IMG/VR virus record: IMGVR_UViG_3300009130_000028
Location: 1,441-65,440 of that record
Length of the DNA stretch: 64,000 nucleotides
Direction: 5' to 3' (one strand)
DNA from: a virus
Lineage: Duplodnaviria; Caudoviricetes
In this document: positions 49,451 through 58,346 of the stretch, piece by piece
Layout of the letters: every line of letters begins with the position of its first letter
Position numbering within the stretch: the first letter of the stretch is position 1
The notes under the pieces: model-generated
Told to the model about the DNA's origin: nothing
Database searches by the model: none
The model's input: only the letters and a program-made list of their open reading frames with translations
Made by a program: the position numbers and the translations under genes

Positions 49451-51533
49451 TCATAAGCAAATATGGTCATTGTTGCTTGGTGGCGATATGGGGGTAATTC
49501 CTTCTCCCCCTGCCTTCCCCAACACCTACTCTCTGGATTTTGATGGAGTGGATGAAAGTTTGAACTGTGGGAATAAGTTTTCATTTACAGATAAAATTAC
49601 TGTATCTGCTTGGATTAAAGTGGGTACTTGGATTAATTATGAAACTTTTGTCAGTCAGATTAATACTGCTGGTAGTTTTTTATTGAATCAGAATACCTCA
49701 ACTACTTTAGGCTCACTGTATTTTGCTATATATCAAAGCGATGGAACGTTTAAACAAACAATAGGTACAGGCGTGGCACCCACATCAGATTGGTTTCATT
49801 ATGTTGGAGTGGCTGATGGTAGCTTTGTGAGGATGTATGTGGATGGGAGCCCTGTTGGCACTCCTACGGCTTATGATGGTACTATTAGAACCAGCACAGA
49901 TGATTTAGTTATAGGTGGCAGGGCAAATGGTAGCTATATGTCTGATTGCCTAATTGATGAAGTAGCTATTTGGAACGGAACAGGACTATCAGCATCACAA
50001 GTAAGTGACCTATATAATAATGGTTTGCCTACTAATTTGAATAGCTTTGAAGTTACCCCTGAAGTGTGGTATCGTGATGGGGATAGCACCAAAGCACTCT
50101 TTTTCAACTCAATATGGCAGATTCCTAATGAGATGAAGGTGGATAACTTTAGTCGGTATTCAATGTATTTTGATGGAGTAGGAGATAGTGTTGGGTTAGG
50201 TTCATCTGTTGATTTGGGAACTACATCAACTATATCTTTTTGGTGCAAAACAACTTCAGTGCCAGATGGAAAAACTATAATAGGAGAAGATTCTTACTCT
50301 TATGATTATGTAATTCAATTCAAACCATCTACAACCACGACTTTTGTGAGAATAGGTAGTGTTGTTAAGCCATTCACTACTACAGAACTAAATGATGGTA
50401 ATTGGAATCATTGGTGTATAGTTAGAAACGGAGATAGTGTAGAACTGTTTATTAATGCTGTATCAAAGGGAACACAGACAGGTTACGGTACGGGAACAAA
50501 TACTTTGTTTGATACTATTGGCTCTGAAAGTGGAGCAAGTGGAACTATTACAGGGAGTATTGCAGATGTATCTGCTTTTAATCAGGTTGTATCAGCAAGT
50601 ACATTATACAATTCAGGCACTCCCACAGACCTATCAGAAGAGAGTGGATTAGTGGGCTATTGGAGAATGGGGGAGGGTGCTAATTGGAATAATACTAATT
50701 GGCAACTGCCTGATTATTCTAAGAAAGCATTATTTTCTCAAAAGAGTTTTGAGCTTGATGGAGTGGATGATTATGTAGATTTAGGTACTTCAAGTGATTT
50801 AAAACCATCCAATGTTTCTTTTTCAGCTTGGTACTATCCAGAAGCAGTAGGAACAAAGGGAGCTATTATATCAAGTGGGAATAAAACAGGAGGGTGGAGT
50901 CCTTATTCTATAAATCATTGGACTACGGATAAGCTATGTCTACTTATGAGTACAGACACAAATAATCAAGTATTTTCAACAGCAACATTATCATATAACC
51001 AATGGTATCATATAGCTGTGACTTATGATGGCTCAAGTGCTAAAATTTACATAGATGGTTCTTTAGACTCAACGCATTCATTTTCTGGAAATATAGATTA
51101 CAGTTCAATGGCAGATGATGAATTTTTTATTGGTAGAAGACCCGGATATTCTCAGTATCTATCTGGTAAAATTGACGATGTATCCATTTTTAATATCGGA
51201 CTATCAGCAGTACAGATAGCAGCCATATACAATTCAGGAGTACCCAAAGATGAAAGCACAAATGAAAATCTGATAGGTTATTGGACATTTGATGATGCTA
51301 CTTATGGAGCAGCAGGATGGAATGTGCCCGATAATTCAAGTAACTCAAATAATGGAACCTCATCAGGAATGATAGAAACAGATTTATTATTAGAATCTCC
51401 GACCAATTCCAGTAGTGGAACATCATCCTCAATGGCAATAGATGACCGGGTAACAGATGCCCCTGATAATGAAAATCAAGCTAATTCAGTAAATATGGAG
51501 GAAGGGGATAGAAGCACCGATGTACCAACTTAA
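49443..51533 (+). CDS. triple LamG/concanavalin-A-like domain adhesin
   Basis: three S(L/M/F)x(F/L)DGV starts, three W.H...(V/T) motifs, three IDEV/IADV/IDDV...LYN.G.P ends. Confidence 0.9.
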   Translation: MPNHKQIWSLLLGGDMGVIPSPPAFPNTYSLDFDGVDESLNCGNKFSFTDKITVSAWIKVGTWINYETFVSQINTAGSFLLNQNTSTTLGSLYFAIYQSDGTFKQTIGTGVAPTSDWFHYVGVADGSFVRMYVDGSPVGTPTAYDGTIRTSTDDLVIGGRANGSYMSDCLIDEVAIWNGTGLSASQVSDLYNNGLPTNLNSFEVTPEVWYRDGDSTKALFFNSIWQIPNEMKVDNFSRYSMYFDGVGDSVGLGSSVDLGTTSTISFWCKTTSVPDGKTIIGEDSYSYDYVIQFKPSTTTTFVRIGSVVKPFTTTELNDGNWNHWCIVRNGDSVELFINAVSKGTQTGYGTGTNTLFDTIGSESGASGTITGSIADVSAFNQVVSASTLYNSGTPTDLSEESGLVGYWRMGEGANWNNTNWQLPDYSKKALFSQKSFELDGVDDYVDLGTSSDLKPSNVSFSAWYYPEAVGTKGAIISSGNKTGGWSPYSINHWTTDKLCLLMSTDTNNQVFSTATLSYNQWYHIAVTYDGSSAKIYIDGSLDSTHSFSGNIDYSSMADDEFFIGRRPGYSQYLSGKIDDVSIFNIGLSAVQIAAIYNSGVPKDESTNENLIGYWTFDDATYGAAGWNVPDNSSNSNNGTSSGMIETDLLLESPTNSSSGTSSSMAIDDRVTDAPDNENQANSVNMEEGDRSTDVPT

Positions 51534-51544
51534 AACTAAAACAA

Positions 51545-51808
51545 ATGAATGAGAAATTATACATAACAATAGCCACCTCACAGAAGGACAACGTAAACTG
51601 GGGAGCAGAGAATATCATAGAAAGAAAAAACCGATTAACGTATTCTCTGGATGGAACAGAGTTTATCATAAAATGGTCAGCAGGGGTAAACACCCCTCCA
51701 TCTGTGGAGCAGATTCCTTCAGATGATAAGAGCAATGTAATGACACACGCAGAAGCACTTGCTCTAATGCAAACTCCTGAATGGACAGACCCTAATCCTC
51801 CTGCATAA
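51545..51808 (+). CDS. small partner protein of the LamG adhesin
   Basis: YSLDGTEFIIKW...THAEALALM..PEW. Confidence 0.6.
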   Translation: MNEKLYITIATSQKDNVNWGAENIIERKNRLTYSLDGTEFIIKWSAGVNTPPSVEQIPSDDKSNVMTHAEALALMQTPEWTDPNPPA

Positions 51809-52068
51809 TGGAAAAGAACAACAAGATGGAGAATAAAATAGACCAGTTATATACTATGGTACAAAACCTTAGCACTGATATGAAGGATGTAAAAAGGGTT
51901 TTAAGGGGTGATGACTATGGTGGGAAAGGATTAGTAGAAAGCCATAAGGCTTTGAAAAAAGAATGTCTTGAGGTCAAAGAGGATATTAAAAAAGCTAAGA
52001 CGGCTGGAACAGTTATAGCTGCTATACTTACATTCTTTGGAGGGATTATAGCTTTATTTAAGGATTAA
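51808..52068 (+). CDS. coiled-coil protein with C-terminal TM (holin-like)
   Basis: C-terminal VIAAILTFFGGIIALF; in the lysis cluster. Confidence 0.55.
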   Translation: MEKNNKMENKIDQLYTMVQNLSTDMKDVKRVLRGDDYGGKGLVESHKALKKECLEVKEDIKKAKTAGTVIAAILTFFGGIIALFKD

Positions 52069-52271
52069 TGAGGATATTAGTATTATTATTACTTACTTAT
52101 TCGTGTGCTTCTAATAAGTATGAAGTAATACAGGAGATTCATCCAGGCATGTATCATACTGAGGGGATTAAGAAAAAAGACATTATCCTTTATAAAACGG
52201 ATGTAGAACATAATTTAGGGGATATTATAATTATACCTAACAAAATAAAGAAGAAAAATGCTAACAACTAA
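52068..52271 (+). CDS. small lipoprotein
   Basis: MRILVLLLLTYS-C lipobox. Confidence 0.55.
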   Translation: MRILVLLLLTYSCASNKYEVIQEIHPGMYHTEGIKKKDIILYKTDVEHNLGDIIIIPNKIKKKNANN

Positions 52272-52683
52272 TTTTAGGTTAGAAGAGTTTATAGACCCAG
52301 ATACTTTTAAAAAATATGGAGAGCAAAGTATTTGGTTTATTGACCCAAGAATAGTGAATTTGGCTCAATTCATTAGAGAACGTCTTGGGAAGCCCTGTAC
52401 GATAAATAATTGGTATTCTGGGGGTCAGTATCAATATAGTGGTTTTAGACCGCCTGCGTGTACTATAGGGGCATCTTTGTCGCAACATAGGTTTGGAAGA
52501 GCTATTGATTTGAAAGTTAGTGGAATGTCTGCAGACGAGGTAAGAGATGATATCATAAATAATTATGATGTCTACAGAAAGGTAGGATTAACTACCATTG
52601 AGGATGGAGCGTATGCTCCTACTTGGTGTCATATAGATATTAGAGACACTAAATTAGACACTTTAAAAATTGTAAAACCTTGA
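52258..52683 (+). CDS. endolysin, peptidase M15 family
   Basis: NF...EF; SGFR; SQHRFGRAID; WCHID zinc-binding motifs. Confidence 0.9.
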   Translation: MLTTNFRLEEFIDPDTFKKYGEQSIWFIDPRIVNLAQFIRERLGKPCTINNWYSGGQYQYSGFRPPACTIGASLSQHRFGRAIDLKVSGMSADEVRDDIINNYDVYRKVGLTTIEDGAYAPTWCHIDIRDTKLDTLKIVKP

Positions 52684-52766
52684 CAGAGAATAACAAACAG
52701 CACTTTTATGTTCTTATGGTAGCAATGGTTATTATGGGAATATGCGTATATTGTGCAATATATTAA
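52680..52766 (+). CDS. tiny TM peptide (not in ORF track)
   Basis: TTG start overlapping the endolysin stop; MTENNKQHFYVLMVAMVIMGICVYCAIY. Confidence 0.35.
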   Translation: MTENNKQHFYVLMVAMVIMGICVYCAIY

Positions 52767-52769
52767 CCA

Positions 52770-53036
52770 ATGAATCCATTAATTATGAAAGCGTTTGCTA
52801 AATTAGTCTTAGGTAAGAATCTAAAAAAAGCAGGAAGCATTGCATTGAAAGTATTAGATAACGCAGCTTTAGGAGGTGCTGTTACTAAGACAATGCAAGA
52901 AACAGGAGAAAGCGCAAAGGGTAATATTCCTTATCTTGAGGTAATATCTTCCCTGGTTCCTGTTGTTCTTTTAATATCTGTTCTGGCTGGTTGGATTGAT
53001 GTTGCCCAGCTTAAAGAACTTTTAAAATTGTTTTGA
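52770..53036 (+). CDS. holin-like membrane protein
   Basis: C-terminal hydrophobic helix; follows the endolysin. Confidence 0.55.
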   Translation: MNPLIMKAFAKLVLGKNLKKAGSIALKVLDNAALGGAVTKTMQETGESAKGNIPYLEVISSLVPVVLLISVLAGWIDVAQLKELLKLF

Positions 53037-53272
53037 TGTATTTTGTGGAAGTACCCGTTGCCCAAAGGGAAGGAAAGTCTGAGTCTTATACCATTAATGT
53101 TTCTAACATAAATTATATTAGAAAGTGGGTGGGGCATAAAGGAGAGTTACAATCGGTGATATACTTCCAAGGTAATGATGCTAAATACATAGTAGTAGCA
53201 AAGCCATTAAATGAGCTTTTAAGTTTACTAGGTATTAATAGCATCAATACAGAGAAAGTAGTTGCAGAGTAA
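53033..53272 (+). CDS. hypothetical protein (INVSNINYI motif), last late gene
   Basis: 79-aa ORF converging on the minus block. Confidence 0.55.
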   Translation: MMYFVEVPVAQREGKSESYTINVSNINYIRKWVGHKGELQSVIYFQGNDAKYIVVAKPLNELLSLLGINSINTEKVVAE

Positions 53273-53284
53273 TGATAGTGAACA

Positions 53285-53452
53285 TCACTTATTCGCTATT
53301 TGTGTTAAACGAGCTTTTAGGACTATAGTAAAGTTACAGTTATCACAGCATCTACCGTCGTTTATTGGTTGAGCGTTGTGACCTCTATCCCATATTATTT
53401 CGTCTTGCCACATTTGTTTTTCTATTTCGCCTTGGCATATTGAACATTTCAT
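53285..53452 (-). CDS. small Zn-finger protein (not in ORF track)
   Basis: MKCSIC...GHNAQPINDGRCCDNCN (55 aa); ATGA overlap with the HNH gene stop. Confidence 0.65.
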   Translation of the reverse strand: MKCSICQGEIEKQMWQDEIIWDRGHNAQPINDGRCCDNCNFTIVLKARLTQIANK

Positions 53453-53700
53453 TTCTTAATTAGAATTAAATGTTTTGCTTTTACTTGTTTGTTAAACTCT
53501 TTTGATTTCTCTGCCTTGTTATGACAGTTCCTACATAGTCCTACTAGGTTTTCTATGTAGTCCTTTGTTTTGCTTCCTCCCATACCTCTTGGTTCTATAT
53601 GATGCACATCTACAGCAGGAGAGCCACACATCTCACAAAGTGGTGTGTCTTGCTCTCCTATGCCGAAGAATTGTGTATATATTTTGGTATGCTTTTTCAA
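53449..53700 (-). CDS. HNH endonuclease
   Basis: CEMCG...DVHHI.PRGMGG...NLVGLCRNCH. Confidence 0.9.
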   Translation of the reverse strand: MKKHTKIYTQFFGIGEQDTPLCEMCGSPAVDVHHIEPRGMGGSKTKDYIENLVGLCRNCHNKAEKSKEFNKQVKAKHLILIKK

Positions 53701-53999
53701 TCAAATGGAGTTGTGATTTTGGTATATGCCTCTATTCCAAAATTCCAGGTCTCACCTATTTCAGATACTATCGCACCGTCTTCTCCCACTGCTAGTAGGC
53801 ATCTATCCTTCTCATCATTGTATATGAATTTTTCAAATTCAACAACGTCATCATAACTGTGATACCATTTCCAATGATGTGCTTGCATATAAAAATATCC
53901 ATTTAGCTCTGTGGTATCATCCCAGTCATCTATTATTTTTAATGCTTTTTCTTTATCTTTAATTGGTACTGCTGCTATTACTTCGCTTCTATATCCCAT
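53697..53999 (-). CDS. hypothetical phage protein
   Basis: MGYRSEV...WKWY...VGED pattern. Confidence 0.7.
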   Translation of the reverse strand: MGYRSEVIAAVPIKDKEKALKIIDDWDDTTELNGYFYMQAHHWKWYHSYDDVVEFEKFIYNDEKDRCLLAVGEDGAIVSEIGETWNFGIEAYTKITTPFD

Positions 54000-54151
54000 T
54001 ATCGTTTAGTTAATTTAGCTATAGCTTTTATTATTTCAGCTTCTAGCTTTAGTTGCTCAATATCTTTATTGGTTACTATTCTATAAAAATATTCGGTTGA
54101 ATCTAGTTCAGTTTGTTTTTCTATTAACTCTACTAGTACTTTAATTGCCAT
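53999..54151 (-). CDS. small hypothetical protein (not in ORF track)
   Basis: 50-aa ORF with TAATG coupling at both ends. Confidence 0.55.
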   Translation of the reverse strand: MAIKVLVELIEKQTELDSTEYFYRIVTNKDIEQLKLEAEIIKAIAKLTKR

Positions 54152-54351
54152 TATGGATTTATTGTTTTGTAGAAGGCAGAGTCTAATGCCTCTATTTGCT
54201 TATGGTAGTAATGTATCTTTTTCTTGTATTTGTTATGGTCTTCTTTTGTTGAGTCTGTACCTATTGCTGCTGTGGCGGCTGCCATTAGTTTTAAGTACCT
54301 GTCTATCTTCTTTCTAATGACCATGTCTTTTTCGTATTTGGTTTCGCACAT
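54151..54351 (-). CDS. hypothetical protein
   Basis: 66-aa ORF, translationally coupled. Confidence 0.65.
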   Translation of the reverse strand: MCETKYEKDMVIRKKIDRYLKLMAAATAAIGTDSTKEDHNKYKKKIHYYHKQIEALDSAFYKTINP

Positions 54352-54572
54352 TATATTATTGTTTTAATGTAGTTGCTTTCCAGTTCCTTTACGACTTGGT
54401 GTGGCTTTAATTTCATCTCTCTTGCTATTATAGACAGATAAGAAATCGGCAAATCCCCTTTCTTTATATGGTGATTGAAGAGTTGCCTACTTATACCTAT
54501 CTTGTTGGCATAGTGAGATTTGTTTAATCCTCTGTCTTTAAAGTATTTATCCAGGTCATATTTTAGTATCAT
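54351..54572 (-). CDS. XRE/Cro-like HTH protein
   Basis: GLNKSHYANKIGISRQLFNHHIK. Confidence 0.75.
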   Translation of the reverse strand: MILKYDLDKYFKDRGLNKSHYANKIGISRQLFNHHIKKGDLPISYLSIIAREMKLKPHQVVKELESNYIKTII

Positions 54573-55405
54573 AATGTTCCAGTCATTACATGGTTATTTG
54601 CTTTGTCTTCAAATGGGTCGTCAGTGAAGTACTCTTTGTATAAATTGATTAGAAGCTTCACTTCTTTCCATCCTTGGTTTAGTTTCTCTTTAGACACTTC
54701 GTATACACCAACATGGTATGGTCTTGTTTTTTGTACAACAATAAACTTAAACTTCTTCTTACCAAACATATGACAATACATAGCTGCTTGTCTATAGTAT
54801 CCATATTTTTCACAGCTTTCCTTAAAGGCTTCGATTTCTGAATCCTTTGTTGTCTTTAGGTCTTTCACATAGTCACTGCTTCTGCATACAACATCTCCTT
54901 TGCTTTTACAGGGAACCCCGTTTATCTTTCTTAGAGCCATAAGCTCATAGTCAGAATCTGCGAATTCTAAATATGCATCAGGTTTGTTGTATATGCTGTC
55001 AATCATTTCACAAGCTGTTTGGTATGCACCTTCACTTAGTAAAAGCTTTCCTTCGTTTGCGTGTTTAAACTTATTAAACCAGTCTCTGTTTTCCTTTGTA
55101 CGAATTGTTTTGTCTGGCTTTGGGAAATCCCTTTCGCTCCAAACAACTATTTGCTTGAACTTGTCAGGCTCTAATATCCCCCTATGAACTGCTTCTCCTA
55201 AAGAGAAGGCATCTGATTCTTGCTTCTTCCCCATTAGATACTCCTTTAGATGCATAGGGCTTTTGTTTAGAAGGCTAAGCATACTATTGGTAATGTAACT
55301 ATTGTCATCATAATAGGATGGCTCTGATATTACAGGGCATTCCTCCAGGCTAACCTCCGTATCGAGATTTGTTATTATCCAGTTTTTTTGATACTTGTAT
55401 ATCAT
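54569..55405 (-). CDS. RecE/DUF3799-like PD-(D/E)XK exonuclease
   Basis: NSML....SP; GEAVH..ILEP; KSKGD...DLKTT; YGYYRQAAMY. Confidence 0.88.
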   Translation of the reverse strand: MIYKYQKNWIITNLDTEVSLEECPVISEPSYYDDNSYITNSMLSLLNKSPMHLKEYLMGKKQESDAFSLGEAVHRGILEPDKFKQIVVWSERDFPKPDKTIRTKENRDWFNKFKHANEGKLLLSEGAYQTACEMIDSIYNKPDAYLEFADSDYELMALRKINGVPCKSKGDVVCRSSDYVKDLKTTKDSEIEAFKESCEKYGYYRQAAMYCHMFGKKKFKFIVVQKTRPYHVGVYEVSKEKLNQGWKEVKLLINLYKEYFTDDPFEDKANNHVMTGTL

Positions 55406-55764
55406 TAAATTGTTTTTATAGAGTCGCTTGGTATTCGGATTAAACTACCGCTTACCTTTCCTTTTTTGTCTTTCTTTTTAACTATGTCGCCACCAAACTT
55501 CTTGCACTTTATAACACCTATTGTACCGCATTTCCAGCTGCATATGCATATTGTTTCTGACAATACGCTTATATTGTACATATCAATATATAAGCTAGTA
55601 TCAAAATAGGTGTATTCAGTTTCATCTTTTTTGGAGTCGAACTCTTTAATTGTTGCTACACATTGTCCTTTGTCATCCTTGAAAAGTATATACCAGCCCT
55701 TCATGTTTGGAAGCTCTTGGTATTTCCAGTCAAACTTTTCTGAGAATTCTTTAATAACCTTCAT
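55405..55764 (-). CDS. hypothetical protein
   Basis: 119-aa ORF in the operon. Confidence 0.65.
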   Translation of the reverse strand: MKVIKEFSEKFDWKYQELPNMKGWYILFKDDKGQCVATIKEFDSKKDETEYTYFDTSLYIDMYNISVLSETICICSWKCGTIGVIKCKKFGGDIVKKKDKKGKVSGSLIRIPSDSIKTI

Positions 55765-56152
55765 TCTTAATCATTATTAATACGCCTGGATGTTCCTTGT
55801 CGTATTCATATTGAGCAAAGGAAGGTATTAGATACTCAGCGTTATCGTCTTCTATCCATCCATATTTAACCATTAGGTCTTGGACAGTTTGTGCTGGGTT
55901 AATATAATCGAACTTCCTTTTACTACTTCTATAGAATGTGAATTCAACTTTTAATGGAAAGGGAATGTTTTTTGTTTCCTCCTTAAATATCTTAGCATAC
56001 ATTTCATAATATCCTTTTGAATCCTTGATATATGTTCTTGTTGTTTTGCTATGTACTATAAGGGGTTTTCTTTTTCCATTCACCTCTCTCCAGACTATTT
56101 GCTTACTATTCTTTGAAGATGGAACATTATGTGGTATAAAGAAATGTATCAT
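55751..56152 (-). CDS. RusA-like Holliday junction resolvase
   Basis: VPSSKN; FYR..KRKFDYIN....QDLM...GWIEDDN. Confidence 0.85.
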   Translation of the reverse strand: MIHFFIPHNVPSSKNSKQIVWREVNGKRKPLIVHSKTTRTYIKDSKGYYEMYAKIFKEETKNIPFPLKVEFTFYRSSKRKFDYINPAQTVQDLMVKYGWIEDDNAEYLIPSFAQYEYDKEHPGVLIMIKNEGY

Positions 56153-56652
56153 AAGAAATCAGTTTGATTAGGGTCTGGCACAACACATCCTTTCTCTGCC
56201 CAGTATCTTTGTACTTCATCCTTGAATGTGTTGAACTCAGTGGTATTCATTTCACTTGGTCTTTTTTGCACATACCCTACAGTTTGCTTTCCCATTACAA
56301 CCACTAATTCTACTTTGGGTTTTATTACATGGTTCAGGTGATATAGATGTACTTCCGTCTTACTTAAATCCTCACCCCACATCTCTTTTAAGAATGTGAT
56401 AATAACAGGTATACATACACCCCAGTACCAGTTGTTCTGCTTTAGGGTTCTTTTGGGCTTCTGTTTACTTATTGTTATTATAGAGTTCTCTTCATTCCAG
56501 TCTTTTGTTCTGTACTTAACATAGTCTGGGTCATTGAAGATAACCTTTCCTTCTTTTACCTTGCCGTAGAATGTTAGTTCGTTTTCCATAGGAATAACTT
56601 TTGGGAGAGCTAGTGTCTCCCTGTTATTAGAATGGCAATCCGTCGTCGTCAT
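56149..56652 (-). CDS. NinB/Orf-like recombination protein (true start probably at MENEL)
   Basis: KRTLKQNNWYWG...SEMNT.EF..F...V...A.....VPDP. Confidence 0.7.
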   Translation of the reverse strand: MTTTDCHSNNRETLALPKVIPMENELTFYGKVKEGKVIFNDPDYVKYRTKDWNEENSIITISKQKPKRTLKQNNWYWGVCIPVIITFLKEMWGEDLSKTEVHLYHLNHVIKPKVELVVVMGKQTVGYVQKRPSEMNTTEFNTFKDEVQRYWAEKGCVVPDPNQTDFL

Positions 56653-57205
56653 CCTTGTTGGTGCTTGCCTTGCTTTCCTTTATTGGAGCCACATAATCTA
56701 TGTCTTCCTTTTCTGGAGCATTGTTTTCTTCCTTCCACTTCTTTAGTTCTTCTTCGTATTTGTTCCTTTCCCAATCAGTTAGTTCTGCGTGGAGCTTAGA
56801 ATGATTTGGTTCTGTCATCTTCTCTGTTGGGTTGCTATAGTAGTATTCCAGGTTTTTAACTATGATAGGCTTTCCGTCTTTCTTTCCATATATCATTTTG
56901 TCTTTTTCCCTGAATACAACCTTTGCTTCCCTTCCTACTGCATCGTCAAGGAGTTCTAGTCCTTTTAAATCCATGTCGCACTTTAGGTTAGTGAGAAAAT
57001 CTCTTAGTATTTTCTTCTTTACTTCAGTTGCTTTGTCGCTGTCTTTCTCTCTTGGCATCCAAAACATACAGTGTGCTATTCCTTTTGTATTGGTGTCTTC
57101 TACATAGAATAATACATAGGTTATTTTCCCATCGTTTTCGCCATGCTTGTATTTGTTTACTTTAATTTGGTAGGCTCCTGCCTTTCTTAAATAATCTTTA
57201 CTCAT
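56627..57205 (-). CDS. single-stranded DNA-binding protein (putative)
   Basis: acidic C-terminal tail DDDDGLPF; sits in the recombination cluster. Confidence 0.65.
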   Translation of the reverse strand: MSKDYLRKAGAYQIKVNKYKHGENDGKITYVLFYVEDTNTKGIAHCMFWMPREKDSDKATEVKKKILRDFLTNLKCDMDLKGLELLDDAVGREAKVVFREKDKMIYGKKDGKPIIVKNLEYYYSNPTEKMTEPNHSKLHAELTDWERNKYEEELKKWKEENNAPEKEDIDYVAPIKESKASTNKDDDDGLPF

Positions 57206-57467
57206 TTGTTTGTGTTTTTAAGTGTCCGAAATATAATAATTGCTTGTAGTTATTTAATTCCTCTGTCGGGAATTCTTTCATTGTACATTCTAGACACATT
57301 ACATTGCTGTTTATCATCACTACCTCTTCAACCAGGCAAAGAAAACATGTGTCTTTTGAAATTAACTCTATTAGAGAATTGTCAGGAAGCTTAATGTGTT
57401 CACAGGTAATTGTTAGCTTCCCGTCGCTTCTCTTATAGATGTTATGTATTGCGTATTTATTTGGCAT
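57198..57467 (-). CDS. hypothetical protein
   Basis: 89-aa ORF, coupled. Confidence 0.55.
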   Translation of the reverse strand: MPNKYAIHNIYKRSDGKLTITCEHIKLPDNSLIELISKDTCFLCLVEEVVMINSNVMCLECTMKEFPTEELNNYKQLLYFGHLKTQTNE

Positions 57468-57865
57468 TAATTGTTGCTTTTCTTAAAGTCGTCTGCTTCA
57501 TCTTCCCCAAACACACCGAAGCTATATGCCTTGGTTAGCTTTAATACTATTCTAGATAATGCTCTCTTCTCAGCCATCTCTAGATAATAGTTATTATGGG
57601 AATTCTCTGCACTGGCAGAGCCAAATGTCTCTTGCCTTTCGATTGTGCTTTCGTCTTTATTCATTGTTCCAGTTGCTTTTACAGCAGCAAAGGATGAATT
57701 ACAGTCTATAACTTCAAAGTTTACTATGATTCCTTTTGCGTACTGTATTTTTTCTATGCCACTTCTTGTTATAATAACATAGTGTTTGTGTTTGTGTACA
57801 TCTTCTTTTGATAGATTGCACTCAGTGTAGAGCCGCCTTAGCAGTTCAGTTTTTGTTTCACTCAT
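57467..57865 (-). CDS. putative ssDNA-annealing protein (Sak/Rad52-like)
   Basis: ITRSGIEKI...ETFGSA...EMAEKRALSR...FGEDEADDF; neighbours SSB and RecE. Confidence 0.5.
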   Translation of the reverse strand: MSETKTELLRRLYTECNLSKEDVHKHKHYVIITRSGIEKIQYAKGIIVNFEVIDCNSSFAAVKATGTMNKDESTIERQETFGSASAENSHNNYYLEMAEKRALSRIVLKLTKAYSFGVFGEDEADDFKKSNN

Positions 57866-57892
57866 TTTTAATTGTTTGATTATTGCTAGAGT

Positions 57893-58090
57893 TTAGTTAA
57901 GGTTGCAGTTGAATATAAATCCCTGTGGATTTAGTACAACATAACCTGTTTTAACTCTTTTAGTGTGTAGATTTATTACACTGTTATGTGGATACCCGTC
58001 TATTTTTTCTAGTATCCATATGGTTGCTTGTGTTACCGAAGCAGTTTCGCTTTCGTTTACGGCTAATGTTTCTATAGCTATCTTCTCCAT
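57893..58090 (-). CDS. hypothetical protein
   Basis: 65-aa ORF. Confidence 0.5.
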   Translation of the reverse strand: MEKIAIETLAVNESETASVTQATIWILEKIDGYPHNSVINLHTKRVKTGYVVLNPQGFIFNCNLN

Positions 58091-58092
58091 TA

Positions 58093-58102
58093 TACAAATG
58101 TA
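58093..58102 (-). promoter_or_regulatory. Bacteroidota-type -7 promoter element
   Basis: intergenic TACATTTGTA on the minus strand, immediately before ATG 58090. Confidence 0.4.
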
Positions 58103-58112
58103 TAAAATGGTT

Positions 58113-58346
58113 TTACTCCTTACTAGTTTTCTTTTTGTTTTTTATTAACATCTTCTTGTACCAGTAAGGCTTTAATCTTAACCTGAAATACCCATGTATC
58201 CATATCCAGCTATTCTTCTTCATAAAGTATGACAAGGATGTAAAGAATGCTCTTATAACCATCCATACCTGGGCTTTGTTTTGGTAAGGAAGCTTAGATA
58301 TCTTGTCTATGATATCCCTGCTATTCTTACTTTCTTCAGGATTCAA
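58113..58346 (-). CDS. HU/IHF-like DNA-binding protein
   Basis: IIDKIS...QV..VI.AFF..L...M.....I.I.GYF helix-helix-strand pattern. Confidence 0.6.
   Translation of the reverse strand: MNPEESKNSRDIIDKISKLPYQNKAQVWMVIRAFFTSLSYFMKKNSWIWIHGYFRLRLKPYWYKKMLIKNKKKTSKE

Noticed and set aside
44927-51533. Diversity-generating retroelement or invertible tail-fibre cassette
   Set aside because: No reverse transcriptase, recombinase or template/variable repeat pair seen in the window
8986-52488. Numerous short minus-strand ORFs in the ORF track within the late block (and plus-strand ORFs within the minus blocks)
   Set aside because: Antisense shadows of long real genes, with no motifs or translational coupling
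6179-53272. Stop-codon reassignment as in some gut crAss-like phages
   Set aside because: Late genes are long and intact under the standard code, and TAA, TAG and TGA all end genes; no suppressor tRNA seen
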